A stretch of 64,000 bases of DNA from a virus (IMGVR_UViG_3300025897_002116:1-64000), one strand, 5' to 3'. Positions 28,141 to 38,445 are shown, numbered from the stretch's first letter. The notes: generated by a model not told the origin, from the sequence alone. A program made the numbers and translations.

Positions 28141-28235
28141 AACCTTTATATACTTTAGTCGTTAAATATAGTTAATAAATCGGAGAATTCCAACTCTTTA
28201 TGTATATAAGTAGTATAGTGTTAAGTTTAATTACT

Positions 28236-28829
28236 TTAATTTAAAGCTAAATTATAGCCACTAAACTGCACCATATACTCTTTAATTCCGGTTCCTAAAC
28301 CATCTTTAAAATCTACACCGGTGCGCAGAAATTTCTTAACACTAGAAGGGCCTCCTAGATGAGCGGCTGCTAATAAACCGGAAGGGGTAATTTGCACTCC
28401 GTAAACTACTTTACCACTGTACCGTCCAATTTCGTTTTTTAGTACAGTGTTATTGTGTATTAGTAACTTAAACATTGCTTCTTCTTGTATCCTAGGTGAA
28501 TTTAAGAACTGAGAGTTTGTAACGTTTCTATATCCAAGGCCGTTTAAAGTCTTTCTACCAAATTGATATTTTCCTAAATATCCGAATTTGTTGATTGCTT
28601 TATAATTATTGGACGATTCTCTAGCTCCGATAGATTGCAAAAAATCATTATGAGATTTTATAGCAGGGTAATAGTTAATTACTTCAACTAGATTGTAATT
28701 TAAAGGTGTAATTTGTTTTTTTACTATATTAATACTTTCTAACTTACTGAGCGGTCTTTCCACATTGGCAAAAGCCATAATAACAAACATAGTTGTAGTC
28801 ATAGCGATAAAAGTCAATAAATGTTTCAT
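28236..28829 (-). CDS. Secreted lysozyme-like/lytic transglycosylase
   Basis: Signal/TM then RESSNNY...GYLGKYQFG...LAAAHLGG. Confidence 0.75.
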   Translation of the reverse strand: MKHLLTFIAMTTTMFVIMAFANVERPLSKLESINIVKKQITPLNYNLVEVINYYPAIKSHNDFLQSIGARESSNNYKAINKFGYLGKYQFGRKTLNGLGYRNVTNSQFLNSPRIQEEAMFKLLIHNNTVLKNEIGRYSGKVVYGVQITPSGLLAAAHLGGPSSVKKFLRTGVDFKDGLGTGIKEYMVQFSGYNLALN

Positions 28830-28844
28830 GAGTTTTTGTTTAGG

Positions 28845-28994
28845 TTAAAATAGATCCAAGAATGATGTTCCGATCTCTTTTTTGCGCAACTTTTCATTAC
28901 GTTCGTGCAGTTTTACTAAACTGTCTGCAACTTTACGTTCAACTGTTTTAGATTTTTTGAACGTGGAAAACTTGATTATTTTGGTTTTTTCCAT
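28845..28994 (-). CDS. Small basic protein (49 aa, not in ORF track)
   Basis: MEKTKIIKFSTFKK... with CTATTTAT at 28999-29006. Confidence 0.5.
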   Translation of the reverse strand: MEKTKIIKFSTFKKSKTVERKVADSLVKLHERNEKLRKKEIGTSFLDLF

Positions 28995-29008
28995 GTTAAT
29001 AAATAGCA

Positions 29009-29647
29009 TTAAATTCTTGAGATGTATTCATCACCGGGTTTGCTATTGTCCTGCGACCAAAGTCCTAGTTCTTTTAAGTGTTCTATGTGGTGCTCATCTA
29101 ACTCCCAATCTACCTGTTCTGCTTTCTTATCCAGATAATCCTCCATTACCTCAACCTGCTGGTCTGTTATAGGAGAAGTAGCGTAAAGAAAAGAACAGTT
29201 ATAGCATAAAAATTCTAAATTATCTAAATGCCAATTTTTTTTATCGCCATTTTTATGCTGTAGTATAAGAGGTACTTTTGTATCCAGAACTCTTCGTTCA
29301 CTAAAAGAACAGTGAGCGCATTTTTCTTCAATTAGAGCTTCAAATATGATCCTTTGTTTTATTTTCTTTGGATCAAAATGTTCTGCTGGTACTCTACCTT
29401 CAAGTAAATCAAGAAGTGGTGGTTCCTTTCCTCCGTTGGTTAAAAACTTTGGAATACCTTTCCCTTCTTGGTTCATATGAATTTCCAATAAAGTTTTACC
29501 AGTTGCTTCATCTTTATAAAGCTTGGCATACTTTTTATAATGATTATAGGATACATTAAGGTACCTTGCTGCTGCTCTATTTGAACGAGTAACAGTTATA
29601 GCTCTCAACATAGCTTCTTTAGTCAATATTTTGGAAGGTCTTGGCAT
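29009..29647 (-). CDS. HTH plus degenerate HNH domain protein
   Basis: SNRAAARYLNVSY (HTH); CAHC ... LQHKNGDKKN...NLEFLCYNC. Confidence 0.7.
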   Translation of the reverse strand: MPRPSKILTKEAMLRAITVTRSNRAAARYLNVSYNHYKKYAKLYKDEATGKTLLEIHMNQEGKGIPKFLTNGGKEPPLLDLLEGRVPAEHFDPKKIKQRIIFEALIEEKCAHCSFSERRVLDTKVPLILQHKNGDKKNWHLDNLEFLCYNCSFLYATSPITDQQVEVMEDYLDKKAEQVDWELDEHHIEHLKELGLWSQDNSKPGDEYISRI

Positions 29648-29656
29648 TATGTAAGT

Positions 29657-30016
29657 CTATCTTTCTATTGAGTTAGGATTAAGCATATCATTGTCTTGAG
29701 AATCTTGTTCTAATTTTCTAGTCACTCTACCTTTTACGAATTGATCTGTCTGTTGATCATCTGTTTCAAAGTCTAAGACTTCTATCAATGCCTTTTGACC
29801 TGATAGTTCTGAAGCTCTTCTAGCTATTGCTACAGCTTGGTCGTGGTCCATAATAATTAAACCATTATAAGTATCCTCACCATGGCCTTCTACAGTCGTG
29901 ATACCTACTAAGGGTTTTACAGTGGAACAGTTTATACAAACTGCGTAACCTAATTCTTTTCTCTTTAATGGAAAGTCGTTGCCGCACTTAGGGCATTCAA
30001 TCATTTCTAATTGCAT
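29657..30016 (-). CDS. C4 zinc-finger protein, TraR/DksA-like finger
   Basis: CPKCGNDFPLKR.ELGY..CINC. Confidence 0.55.
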   Translation of the reverse strand: MQLEMIECPKCGNDFPLKRKELGYAVCINCSTVKPLVGITTVEGHGEDTYNGLIIMDHDQAVAIARRASELSGQKALIEVLDFETDDQQTDQFVKGRVTRKLEQDSQDNDMLNPNSIER

Positions 30017-30022
30017 ATCGTA

Positions 30023-30082
30023 TAACCTTTTACATTTTAAATTTATACCTAAAGATAAGTAATAAAATTCAGAAAGGCAACT
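30023..30082 (-). promoter_or_regulatory. Class I promoter
   Basis: ttatacctaaagataag...agaaaggcaact. Confidence 0.75.
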
Positions 30083-30094
30083 CTTTCTTAAACT

Positions 30095-30499
30095 TTATTT
30101 ATTTATTTTATTTATTACATTCCAGACGTCTTCTGGTTTCTTAAAATCGACCTCTTTTTGTTTTTTATCTACATTTATAGTTATTTTACCGTTCCAATCC
30201 ATATCGGGCATGAGTTGGTATAGGTACGTATTAATTAGAGTGTACTGCTCTTTTGAGAACGACATTCTAAATAAGTTCTCTATAACATCGAAGAATTGAT
30301 CTTCGTAGACAGTCATATCTAACCCTATCTCAGTTTCCATAAAATCTCTTCTTTCTTCTATTTTACGAAGGCCGTCTAAAATTTGTACAAAGAGTTTTTT
30401 GTTCATAGTTTCTGCACTAAGTGGTTTTTGTGTTATCCGGTAAGAAATTTTGTGGGCAGAAAATAGTACTTGGCGAATCCTTTTTTTTGGTTCAATCAT
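30095..30499 (-). CDS. Hypothetical protein (probable start MIEPKK)
   Basis: The longer track ORF overlaps the upstream gene. Confidence 0.55.
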   Translation of the reverse strand: MIEPKKRIRQVLFSAHKISYRITQKPLSAETMNKKLFVQILDGLRKIEERRDFMETEIGLDMTVYEDQFFDVIENLFRMSFSKEQYTLINTYLYQLMPDMDWNGKITINVDKKQKEVDFKKPEDVWNVINKINK

Positions 30500-30551
30500 A
30501 ATAATCCACTTTAATAGTTTATTGTCACCGTTATAACCTTTAGGTTTAAAT

Positions 30552-30938
30552 TTAAACTTGTCCTGGATCAGCTCCAGTATCACCTTGATCAGGATTCTCT
30601 CCTGCTAAAGCTTTACGAATAATTCTATCAAAGTATTCAATGTAAATAAAGAAACCAATTATTGTCTTGTCTTTCAAGTTTCTATCTCTTTCAACTCTCA
30701 TATCAAATTCACCTAATCCTTTTTCAAGTCTAGTTTCTAATTCAATAGCGATGTCGTTTTGTTGGGTTGGAGTTATAGAACCAAATTCTGTAGGAATAAA
30801 TTGAATTTTCACTCCTTTTTTCTGAGGGTCTTCATTTGTATCTACTTTTAGTAGAAAGGAATGTCCAGCAAATTTAATTTTGGCAGCTTCGGTTATAACT
30901 TCTTTTACTAATTTTTCTAAATGGGTTAATTGCTTCAT
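30552..30938 (-). CDS. Hypothetical protein (probable start MKQLTH)
   Basis: CTATTTAT at 30974-30981 upstream. Confidence 0.6.
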   Translation of the reverse strand: MKQLTHLEKLVKEVITEAAKIKFAGHSFLLKVDTNEDPQKKGVKIQFIPTEFGSITPTQQNDIAIELETRLEKGLGEFDMRVERDRNLKDKTIIGFFIYIEYFDRIIRKALAGENPDQGDTGADPGQV

Positions 30939-30981
30939 ATTATAAAGATAGGTAATTAAATTCAATTATACAAATAAATAG

Positions 30982-31155
30982 TTAACCAAATAGCATTTTC
31001 TTTTGTTTTGCATTATTTTCATTCAAGATTTGGTGATTTACTATCTTTCTATTACGACAATATTGGTCAATTGTCCATACTAAATCATCAGTATTAAATT
31101 CTACCTCTTCTTTTGTTCCGTTGAGGTACGTAAATTCTATTATATATTTTTTCAT
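30982..31155 (-). CDS. Small hypothetical protein (57 aa, not in ORF track)
   Basis: MKKYIIEFTYLNG...KMLFG fills the gap. Confidence 0.55.
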   Translation of the reverse strand: MKKYIIEFTYLNGTKEEVEFNTDDLVWTIDQYCRNRKIVNHQILNENNAKQKKMLFG

Positions 31156-31157
31156 AT

Positions 31158-31949
31158 CTAAAAAGTTATTCCTTTAATTTCTTGACCAATCGGTCTATGT
31201 GAATTATTTTTGTACCGGGTTGGCGGTGTTCCCCACTTATAAATATACGTCTCTGCTGCTGGACCTTCTGTTGCCTTAAACGCTGTACCTTCCTTACCGT
31301 TTTTTGTTGCTGAGGAGCCGAAGTGGTAAAAATGTGCTTGATGAGTTCTGATAAAAGTCATTCCTTTAAGGTCTAATTTTAAAAAGAAATCCCAATCACA
31401 TATAAATGGAGATTTATAGAGTGTATCGAATCCTCCAACGATCATGTAGTCTATCTTTTGCATAGCAAAAGGAAAAATTCCTCCATCATTAGTAGTCTTC
31501 ACCTCACTAATACTTTTTTCATACTTAAGAAATCCTTCGTAGTCAAAGGTACTGGGTGTACGACCTAAATCCTTTGCAGGAAAGTTAAAAATCCCAGGTC
31601 CTTCTGGTTCAATCTGATTAATAGTAAGAACTGTATTAGTGAGTTCTGTTTGCTCTATGACTGTATCCCAGCCTTTACTTAGAACATTGTCATCATTTAT
31701 AATACATATTTTTTTATTTTTTGCATTATATACTCCAAGGTTTAAAGCCATCTGCATTCCTTGATTATCAGCTAGTGGAAGCACATTAATGCTGTCTTTA
31801 TATCTGTTCAGTATATGTTTGCTCTCTTCTACAAATCCATCTACAATTACTATTATTTCATTTTTATTATCTTGACCTTCGAGAGCAGATCTTAAGCATA
31901 TATCCAAAAACTCAGGATTTCTATAGGTAGGTATTATTAAACTAATCAT
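31158..31949 (-). CDS. Glycosyltransferase family 2
   Basis: ISLIIPTY, IIVIVDG, INDD, GGFD..Y....DWDF. Confidence 0.9.
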   Translation of the reverse strand: MISLIIPTYRNPEFLDICLRSALEGQDNKNEIIVIVDGFVEESKHILNRYKDSINVLPLADNQGMQMALNLGVYNAKNKKICIINDDNVLSKGWDTVIEQTELTNTVLTINQIEPEGPGIFNFPAKDLGRTPSTFDYEGFLKYEKSISEVKTTNDGGIFPFAMQKIDYMIVGGFDTLYKSPFICDWDFFLKLDLKGMTFIRTHQAHFYHFGSSATKNGKEGTAFKATEGPAAETYIYKWGTPPTRYKNNSHRPIGQEIKGITF

Positions 31950-32949
31950 TTTTCCAAAATTTATAAATTCCTTTTTCTAATTCATATTTTTCCCATACAA
32001 ATCTATCTTGCATAGGTTGGTGATTTGCCCAAATCCACATTTTTTCTAAACCATCTCTCAATGTAGTTGTAAATTTAAAATCTAATAAATCAATAGATTT
32101 TTGAAAGGTTGGTATTGAATGTTTTACTTCATGTCTTGCTTCTAAGTACCTAAATTTATCCTCAGTTCCAATTACGGATTTAAGAGTATTAGCAGCTTCC
32201 TCTATTGATATTTCCTCAACACCTCCTAAGTTAATAATTTGTTTTGATGTTTGTTCCCTTACAGCAGCATTCCATAAAGGCTCTAATATATCATCTATAA
32301 AACTAAATGCCCTAGTTTGTGAACCATCTCCAAATATAGTCATTTGTTCCTGATTGATATACTGGTACATCCATATGCCTAGTACATTTCTATACTTGTC
32401 CCATATATTTTGTTTAATACCGTAAACATTATGGGGTCTTATTATACAGTAATCTAATCCGTGCTGTTCGTTTGCAATTTGGATATCCATTTCACAGGCA
32501 TATTTTGCTACACCGTATGGGTCAATAGGCTTAGGTACTTGTTTTTCGTCAAATATGCCACCATACCCATGACCGTATACAGCAAGTGTTGATGTAAATA
32601 CTAGCCGTTTAACGTCGTTTTTAATACATTCATTGACTATACGTGCTGTAACCTTTAAGTTGTTATCATAGTTAAAGCAGCGAATAAAAGGTGATAATCC
32701 TTCTGCTGCATAGGCAGCAAAGTGAAACACATAATCAAACTTATGAACTTCAAAGCAGTTCTCAATAGGGTGATCTACTAAGTTCATTTGCCAAAATGTA
32801 ACTTTAGGGTGTACATTAGTTTTATACCCCCCACTTAGATCATCAATACCTACTACTTCATATTCTGGTTTATTTTCTATAATCCAATCTGCTAGTCTGC
32901 TTCCTAGTAGTCCTGCTACTCCTGTAATTAGTATTGTTTTCTTACTCAT
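31942..32949 (-). CDS. NAD-dependent nucleotide-sugar epimerase/dehydratase
   Basis: ITGVAGLLG, PYGVAKY, FGDGSQTRAF. Confidence 0.92.
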   Translation of the reverse strand: MSKKTILITGVAGLLGSRLADWIIENKPEYEVVGIDDLSGGYKTNVHPKVTFWQMNLVDHPIENCFEVHKFDYVFHFAAYAAEGLSPFIRCFNYDNNLKVTARIVNECIKNDVKRLVFTSTLAVYGHGYGGIFDEKQVPKPIDPYGVAKYACEMDIQIANEQHGLDYCIIRPHNVYGIKQNIWDKYRNVLGIWMYQYINQEQMTIFGDGSQTRAFSFIDDILEPLWNAAVREQTSKQIINLGGVEEISIEEAANTLKSVIGTEDKFRYLEARHEVKHSIPTFQKSIDLLDFKFTTTLRDGLEKMWIWANHQPMQDRFVWEKYELEKGIYKFWKND

Positions 32950-33650
32950 ATCTTATCCCAATTTGTTAAAGGTGCTAGCCAAGCTGTTTCTCCGTGAGTT
33001 GCGTAACCTGGAAGTGGTGTTACTAATAATTCGTTTTTCTCTCTAAGTTCTGTAAACATATTAAAGTCATTAGGATATGTACCGATTGTATGCTTTTTCA
33101 TTATTTCGTTTACTTTCTTTAATGTTTTAACTCTAGCAGCAAATGTCATTGTGGTACTGTTAGTTATCTTCCAATGTACACTATCCGTTAAGTACACTCT
33201 AGTATCTTCTGCGTTACCTTTACAGTAAGGGTTACCACCTTTTGATGGATCTAAATACTTATCGGGGTGGTCATATAAAGATACGAAACTTGCTCCTAAT
33301 AAAAAACCTTCTTCCAATATTTTTTTACTATCAGGTTTATGTAAGTAGTCATTTTCAATAAAATAGACTATCTCTTCATTATCAAACTTTAAAGCTTCAT
33401 TTAATCCAATATTAAAAGTACCAGCTCCATGTCCTATAGAAACATACTTAATTGTTACATTTTTCAAAAACGGAGTCTTTGTATACTTATAAAGCATATG
33501 GTTTGTTTCCTCTGAGGTATCATCGGCTATGATAATCCATTCTGCATCTTTAAATTCTTTTACTGCATTTTTTAAGCAGTTTTCATTGTTAATGTAATCT
33601 GGTTTAACTTTATTGTATCCGCTATCTGAAATTCTATATATTACTTTCAT
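32946..33650 (-). CDS. GT-A fold glycosyltransferase-like protein
   Basis: IIADD and VYFIENDYLH; cluster context. Confidence 0.65.
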   Translation of the reverse strand: MKVIYRISDSGYNKVKPDYINNENCLKNAVKEFKDAEWIIIADDTSEETNHMLYKYTKTPFLKNVTIKYVSIGHGAGTFNIGLNEALKFDNEEIVYFIENDYLHKPDSKKILEEGFLLGASFVSLYDHPDKYLDPSKGGNPYCKGNAEDTRVYLTDSVHWKITNSTTMTFAARVKTLKKVNEIMKKHTIGTYPNDFNMFTELREKNELLVTPLPGYATHGETAWLAPLTNWDKI

Positions 33651-34399
33651 TTTAAAAGCTTTATTAGAGCGTCCTGCATTCTTTTTTCATCTGATCTCTG
33701 TTTAACTCTATATTCAATCTCTCCAGGTCCTCCATCTATATAAATGTTAGGGAGGTGATGAATAAGATTATCTTCAAAATCTGATATGCATATTAGTTTT
33801 TTCATTCCGGCATGTCCATATATGTCTGTATTAGTTTTACATTTAACACTAAAATGATCATTAGAGAAAAATTGAGTAAAATCTTTTTCTGACTTAATTT
33901 TTAATAATTGCTCTTTTGATAAGATAAAGGAGGCTTGATGAATGTTTGTAAAGTGTGCAAATTTCTTGCCGTTATACTCTTCTACCGAATTATAATCCCA
34001 GTCGTAGATCCAATGATAGGCAGGGTAGTAACGCCCTGTATGGTTCTGTTCGTACTGTATCAATCCTGCTATTCTATCTTGAGGTAGTATTTTTGTGTAC
34101 TCTATAAACTTATCAACGTGGTGTTCTTTCCATAAATGGTCATTCTCAGAAAAAATAAAGTAATCAAAATTATTTGATTCTTGATTAATCATCTGACGGC
34201 ATGTCATAGGTAGAAGCTGGTAATCTTCTAGTTCTATTTTATTTACCAGATCAATTCCTTTTATAGAAGGAAGATCTATATTTGAATGAACGACTACGGT
34301 GATTTCGTACTTCTTAAAAGACTTTAACTCCGCTACTACCTGTTGTAGGTAATTTAGTTGCTCCTCACCAAAATTTACTAAAACTGCTAATATTCTCAT
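33647..34399 (-). CDS. Putative glycosyltransferase
   Basis: FDYFIFSENDH and IHHLPN; cluster context. Confidence 0.55.
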   Translation of the reverse strand: MRILAVLVNFGEEQLNYLQQVVAELKSFKKYEITVVVHSNIDLPSIKGIDLVNKIELEDYQLLPMTCRQMINQESNNFDYFIFSENDHLWKEHHVDKFIEYTKILPQDRIAGLIQYEQNHTGRYYPAYHWIYDWDYNSVEEYNGKKFAHFTNIHQASFILSKEQLLKIKSEKDFTQFFSNDHFSVKCKTNTDIYGHAGMKKLICISDFEDNLIHHLPNIYIDGGPGEIEYRVKQRSDEKRMQDALIKLLK

Positions 34400-34406
34400 A
34401 ACTTAC

Positions 34407-35192
34407 CTACCATCTATTTTTTACTTCTTTGATTAAGCTTTTATAGGAATTAAATCCTAATATGTTTGCTCCACTGAGGAGTTTTAACCATGAATCTGTT
34501 TTCCAGATACCTCTTCCTGCTCCTATTCCTTGGGGGCTGTCAAATATCATTACATCTCCTCCAAAATAAGAAGCAATACATGCATTTCCTCCCGATACTG
34601 TTATATGTCTTTCTGATGAGGCTTCTATCGTAAACTGTAATGTATTATAGCTCATATCTGGGTACATTCTTGTAAAGTCTTCTATGGTGTATACTTCCGG
34701 ATGTTCCTTTTTTATAAACGCATAGTCTTCAAACTCTTTAATTTCGTTTTCATCAGTGTAATAGTCCTTAGCTTTACCTGTAGGTCTTATATATACAATA
34801 TCGTATTTTTCTTTTAAATATCCAAATAATTCACCTAGTACTTCTATTGTAAAATAGTTAAATACACCTTGTGACCACTCTAATGCAAATTTATTTTGAA
34901 TAACTACAACAGGTTTATTGAAACTAATCTTATTTTTGAAATGGTCTTTAATCGGCGGTGGGGACCATTGAGATTCTGTGTAATAAGGAGGTTCTAAATT
35001 ATATGAAACAGTATCATTAATCGCATCGAATCTTTCTACTTCTTCTACATCCGAACTAAAATAGTAAACAGATTTTAATCCTGGTTTGCATTTTACCTGG
35101 TAAGGTAAATTAATATTTTGGAAGTAATAAGCTTTAGGTAGAGATTTAATCATATCCCAAGTAAACTCATGAAACTCTTCTACTACTTTCAT
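34407..35192 (-). CDS. Putative glycosyltransferase (GT-B-like)
   Basis: HITVSGGNACIASYFG; cluster context. Confidence 0.5.
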   Translation of the reverse strand: MKVVEEFHEFTWDMIKSLPKAYYFQNINLPYQVKCKPGLKSVYYFSSDVEEVERFDAINDTVSYNLEPPYYTESQWSPPPIKDHFKNKISFNKPVVVIQNKFALEWSQGVFNYFTIEVLGELFGYLKEKYDIVYIRPTGKAKDYYTDENEIKEFEDYAFIKKEHPEVYTIEDFTRMYPDMSYNTLQFTIEASSERHITVSGGNACIASYFGGDVMIFDSPQGIGAGRGIWKTDSWLKLLSGANILGFNSYKSLIKEVKNRW

Positions 35193-35812
35193 TTATTTAA
35201 ATTTAAACTCTTATGATAACCTCTTGTTGCCTTGCCTACATATGGATCAAATACACTCCCTACATCTATATATGTGTTTGTCTTATTTTCTTTCCATAAT
35301 TCGTGTATGAAGACATTTGTTGCCATTCCAGCTGAGAAGCAATACACTTTCTGTTTATCGTCAAATGTGCTTCTAACTAAGTTTAACAATGCCTCTCTCT
35401 GTAGCCAAACATTATTTTGAGGAATAGTTATAAATTCTGTTACAAATGAAAGTTTTTTTAGATCTTGATTACCAATATAGGTTACCCATTTATTTTTTAA
35501 TGTCTCAATAAGAGGTTGAAGATTTCCTTGCATACTAGCTTTATGAAATATATCAGCATCTATCCAGTCTTGATAGTATTTCTCAACGTCTGAGTCTAGA
35601 TTAAAAGTTTTGTAATCTTGTGCTCCTAATATGTAATCTTGTTTTACACTAACTATTTCTTTTAACGCATCTCCTAAGTCCGGGTAGTATATATTACCAT
35701 CACAGTTGGCTCCTTTAAGTTTTCTAATATTATACCATTCTCCATCTCCCCAACGTGTTAGGGCAAAAGGTTGGTTTGTTTCTAATTTAAAAAGTATATC
35801 TTTAAGTGTCAT
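35189..35812 (-). CDS. GT-D fold-like (DUF1792-like) protein
   Basis: LTRWGDGE and IDVGSVFD. Confidence 0.6.
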   Translation of the reverse strand: MTLKDILFKLETNQPFALTRWGDGEWYNIRKLKGANCDGNIYYPDLGDALKEIVSVKQDYILGAQDYKTFNLDSDVEKYYQDWIDADIFHKASMQGNLQPLIETLKNKWVTYIGNQDLKKLSFVTEFITIPQNNVWLQREALLNLVRSTFDDKQKVYCFSAGMATNVFIHELWKENKTNTYIDVGSVFDPYVGKATRGYHKSLNLNK

Positions 35813-36638
35813 TACTTTCGCTAATTGCTCTACCTTTGCTTTTCTCCCAGTCTTTTTCTGGTCTAACCTCTAGGTTTGTTTTCCAACCTCCTTTGATAGT
35901 ATGCAAGGGACTATCTAATTTATCAGCTAATGTAATTAATGCATTTACATCCTTAGGGAAACATGTTCCTCCGTATCCTAGTTTTCCATCTGGGCCAGGT
36001 ACATGTAGGTGACTATCTCCTATTCTCCCGTCTGAAGCGAAGCCGTATAATGCATCATTCCAGTTAGCACCTAGCTTGTCTGATAGTACTTTAAATTCAT
36101 TTACTATGGAAACCTTAGTAGCAAAAAAAGTATTATTCATATATTTAATTAGTTCGGCGGTAATATAATCAGTTTGAATTATATGTCTATTTCTAAATCT
36201 CTGCTCAAATAGCTGTGTTACTTTAGAACACAGATCTTTAGGTCCTCCGAAAATAATTCTTGCTTGAGTCAACATATCTAATTTAGCGGTTCTCTCAGTG
36301 AGAAACTCCGGACTAAATACTATATTAATTTTAGGGTACTTCTTTGAGAGAGCTAATGTAGTACCGGGTAGTACAGTGGATTTAAGTATATAGATAGGAC
36401 CTTCTGCAGCATCTTCAAATACTCTATCTACATAGGATGTGTCTTGAGATCCATCTTTAAACATTGGGGTTGGTACACAAACAAAAATAAAATCGCATTG
36501 ATCTATCTCCTCTTTTGTGTGAGTAGTTTTTAAAGGATCTAAATCATAGATTCTTAAATCAGTTGTTGGGGAGAAAGCAAATGCTTGACTCTCTCCTACA
36601 AACCCATTTCCTATCACTCCTACTTTAAATTTTTCCAT
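35802..36638 (-). CDS. ugd: UDP-glucose/GDP-mannose 6-dehydrogenase (lacks C-terminal UDP-binding domain)
   Basis: GNGFVG, VCVPTP, KSTVLPGT, SPEFL, GYGGTCFPKD. Confidence 0.85.
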   Translation of the reverse strand: MEKFKVGVIGNGFVGESQAFAFSPTTDLRIYDLDPLKTTHTKEEIDQCDFIFVCVPTPMFKDGSQDTSYVDRVFEDAAEGPIYILKSTVLPGTTLALSKKYPKINIVFSPEFLTERTAKLDMLTQARIIFGGPKDLCSKVTQLFEQRFRNRHIIQTDYITAELIKYMNNTFFATKVSIVNEFKVLSDKLGANWNDALYGFASDGRIGDSHLHVPGPDGKLGYGGTCFPKDVNALITLADKLDSPLHTIKGGWKTNLEVRPEKDWEKSKGRAISESNDT

Positions 36639-37302
36639 ATAGTAATTCTGCTATTTTGAATTGCCATTTATAATCTATATCAAATGCTTGATGCTCTTCT
36701 ATAGTATATAAGATAAGGTTTTCTTTTGAATAATCCACCATAAAATGATTATTTTTTATAATATTTAATTTCGATGCATATAAACAATGAGCTGCTTCGT
36801 AAGTGGGGTTTATAACTTTTGTGTTCATTATAGTTTCTCCAGCCGGCCAGGAGTTAATCATGTTACCGGATGCATCCCAATAGTACTGTTTTTTTTCTAT
36901 AACCGCAAATAAATTTTCTTCATCTTGAGTTAAAAATTTAGAAACAAAATCATCTATAGTTTTTATAGTCAAAAAAGGAATACATCCTGAGATTAGTACA
37001 ACATATTTGTAGTCAAGTTTATCATGCCATTCATATATTGTTTTAAGATCCTTATCTTCATTAGCAGATTCTTGACTCCTACTGTAAATATGTATACCTT
37101 TTTTAGAAGCTATGTTTTTTAACTCCTCCTCATATACCGAGGCAATGATTTGTTTTTTAGGTATAATAGAAGAAGTAATTAACTTGTCTAATACTAGATC
37201 AAATAAGGTAGTGCCTGCAAAAGGTTCAAGCATTTTTTGAGGAACCCTCTGACTGTTTAGTCTTGCTTGAACAATAAATGCTACATCTTTAATGTCTTTC
37301 AC
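36625..37302 (-). CDS. neuA: CMP-nonulosonic acid synthetase (NeuA-like cytidylyltransferase)
   Basis: QARLNSQRVPQKML and FDIDYKWQF. Confidence 0.8.
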   Translation of the reverse strand: MKDIKDVAFIVQARLNSQRVPQKMLEPFAGTTLFDLVLDKLITSSIIPKKQIIASVYEEELKNIASKKGIHIYSRSQESANEDKDLKTIYEWHDKLDYKYVVLISGCIPFLTIKTIDDFVSKFLTQDEENLFAVIEKKQYYWDASGNMINSWPAGETIMNTKVINPTYEAAHCLYASKLNIIKNNHFMVDYSKENLILYTIEEHQAFDIDYKWQFKIAELLYGKI

Positions 37303-38156
37303 CCTCTTAGTTTCTTTTTAATTTCTTCTTCAGCTTCTGTAACAACTATCTTTCCATCACCATAGGCTTCCTCTAGTTCCCTTATTCCGGAAACTAATTT
37401 AAAGAGGCCATGTGGGGTGACAGAACAGCTATGATCAGATCCCCAGCTCGTTCTATCTAAAGTTACATGTCTTTCTATAATAGTGGCCCCTAGGTATATA
37501 GCAGCAACTGTTGTGCCTAAAAGTAACTCATGTCCTGAGTATCCTATTTCACAGTCGGTGTATTTTTCAGCTAATGTATTTATAGCAGATAGATTAAGAT
37601 CTCTAACCGGTGTAGGGTATGAAGAATTACAATGAAGTATTCCTATTTGATGACCGTTTTTAAATAGGTCTTTTGCTTTTCTTAAAACATTTACTGCCGA
37701 GTCGATCTCCTCCTCTGTGGACATTCCTGTGGAAAGAATAACTTTCATGTTACTTTTCATACAAGATATAAGTATCTCATAATTAGTTAACATTGCAGAA
37801 GGTATTTTAATAAAAGGCAGGTTATATTGTTTTAAAAATTCTACCGAATCGTAATCCCAAGGAGAAGCAGACCAAGTAATTCCGGACTGTTTACAGTATG
37901 AATCTATAAAATCATATTCTTTTTTACCGAACTCTATCTTGTTTTTATATTCAAGATAGGGCATTTTTCCCCATGGAGTATCTCTTATAATATTTTTTTG
38001 ATGTTCAGGAATACTTTTATCAGGGTTTCTTTTTTGGAATTTGACTGCATTACAGCCTGCTGCTGCTGCTATATCTATAAGTTTTTTTGCAACAGAAAGA
38101 TCGCCGTTGTGATTAATACCTATTTCAGCTATGATATAGGTGTCAAATTTCTTCAA
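37299..38156 (-). CDS. neuB: Nonulosonic acid(-9-P) synthase, NeuB family
   Basis: IAEIGINHNGD, AVKFQKR, ILSTGMS, LHCNSSYP, GYSGHE, IERHVTLD. Confidence 0.92.
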   Translation of the reverse strand: MKKFDTYIIAEIGINHNGDLSVAKKLIDIAAAAGCNAVKFQKRNPDKSIPEHQKNIIRDTPWGKMPYLEYKNKIEFGKKEYDFIDSYCKQSGITWSASPWDYDSVEFLKQYNLPFIKIPSAMLTNYEILISCMKSNMKVILSTGMSTEEEIDSAVNVLRKAKDLFKNGHQIGILHCNSSYPTPVRDLNLSAINTLAEKYTDCEIGYSGHELLLGTTVAAIYLGATIIERHVTLDRTSWGSDHSCSVTPHGLFKLVSGIRELEEAYGDGKIVVTEAEEEIKKKLRG

Positions 38157-38445
38157 TTCTTCTAGATTTATCGCAAATTAACAAGTCGTATGGAGGTTTA
38201 TCCCCTACTCTTAATTGATGGTATTTGCAACTCCATTCATCAAGTTGTTTTTTTGTTAAATCATAATGGTTTATACCAGATTTTGATCCTCTTGCTGTCC
38301 AGTATGTAATGTTATGACCTTCATCATACAGTTTATTAATCTTATCTATATTAACCTGTATAGGGCTGGCTAAAGCATACGCTCGAAAGTCTCCTCCGTA
38401 AACGTAATCACAAATTGTTTCATCAATATCTACGTAGATGTTCAT
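38143..38445 (-). CDS. Small HAD-family phosphatase
   Basis: VDIDETI, WTARG, KPPYDLLICDK. Confidence 0.8.
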   Translation of the reverse strand: MNIYVDIDETICDYVYGGDFRAYALASPIQVNIDKINKLYDEGHNITYWTARGSKSGINHYDLTKKQLDEWSCKYHQLRVGDKPPYDLLICDKSRRIEEI

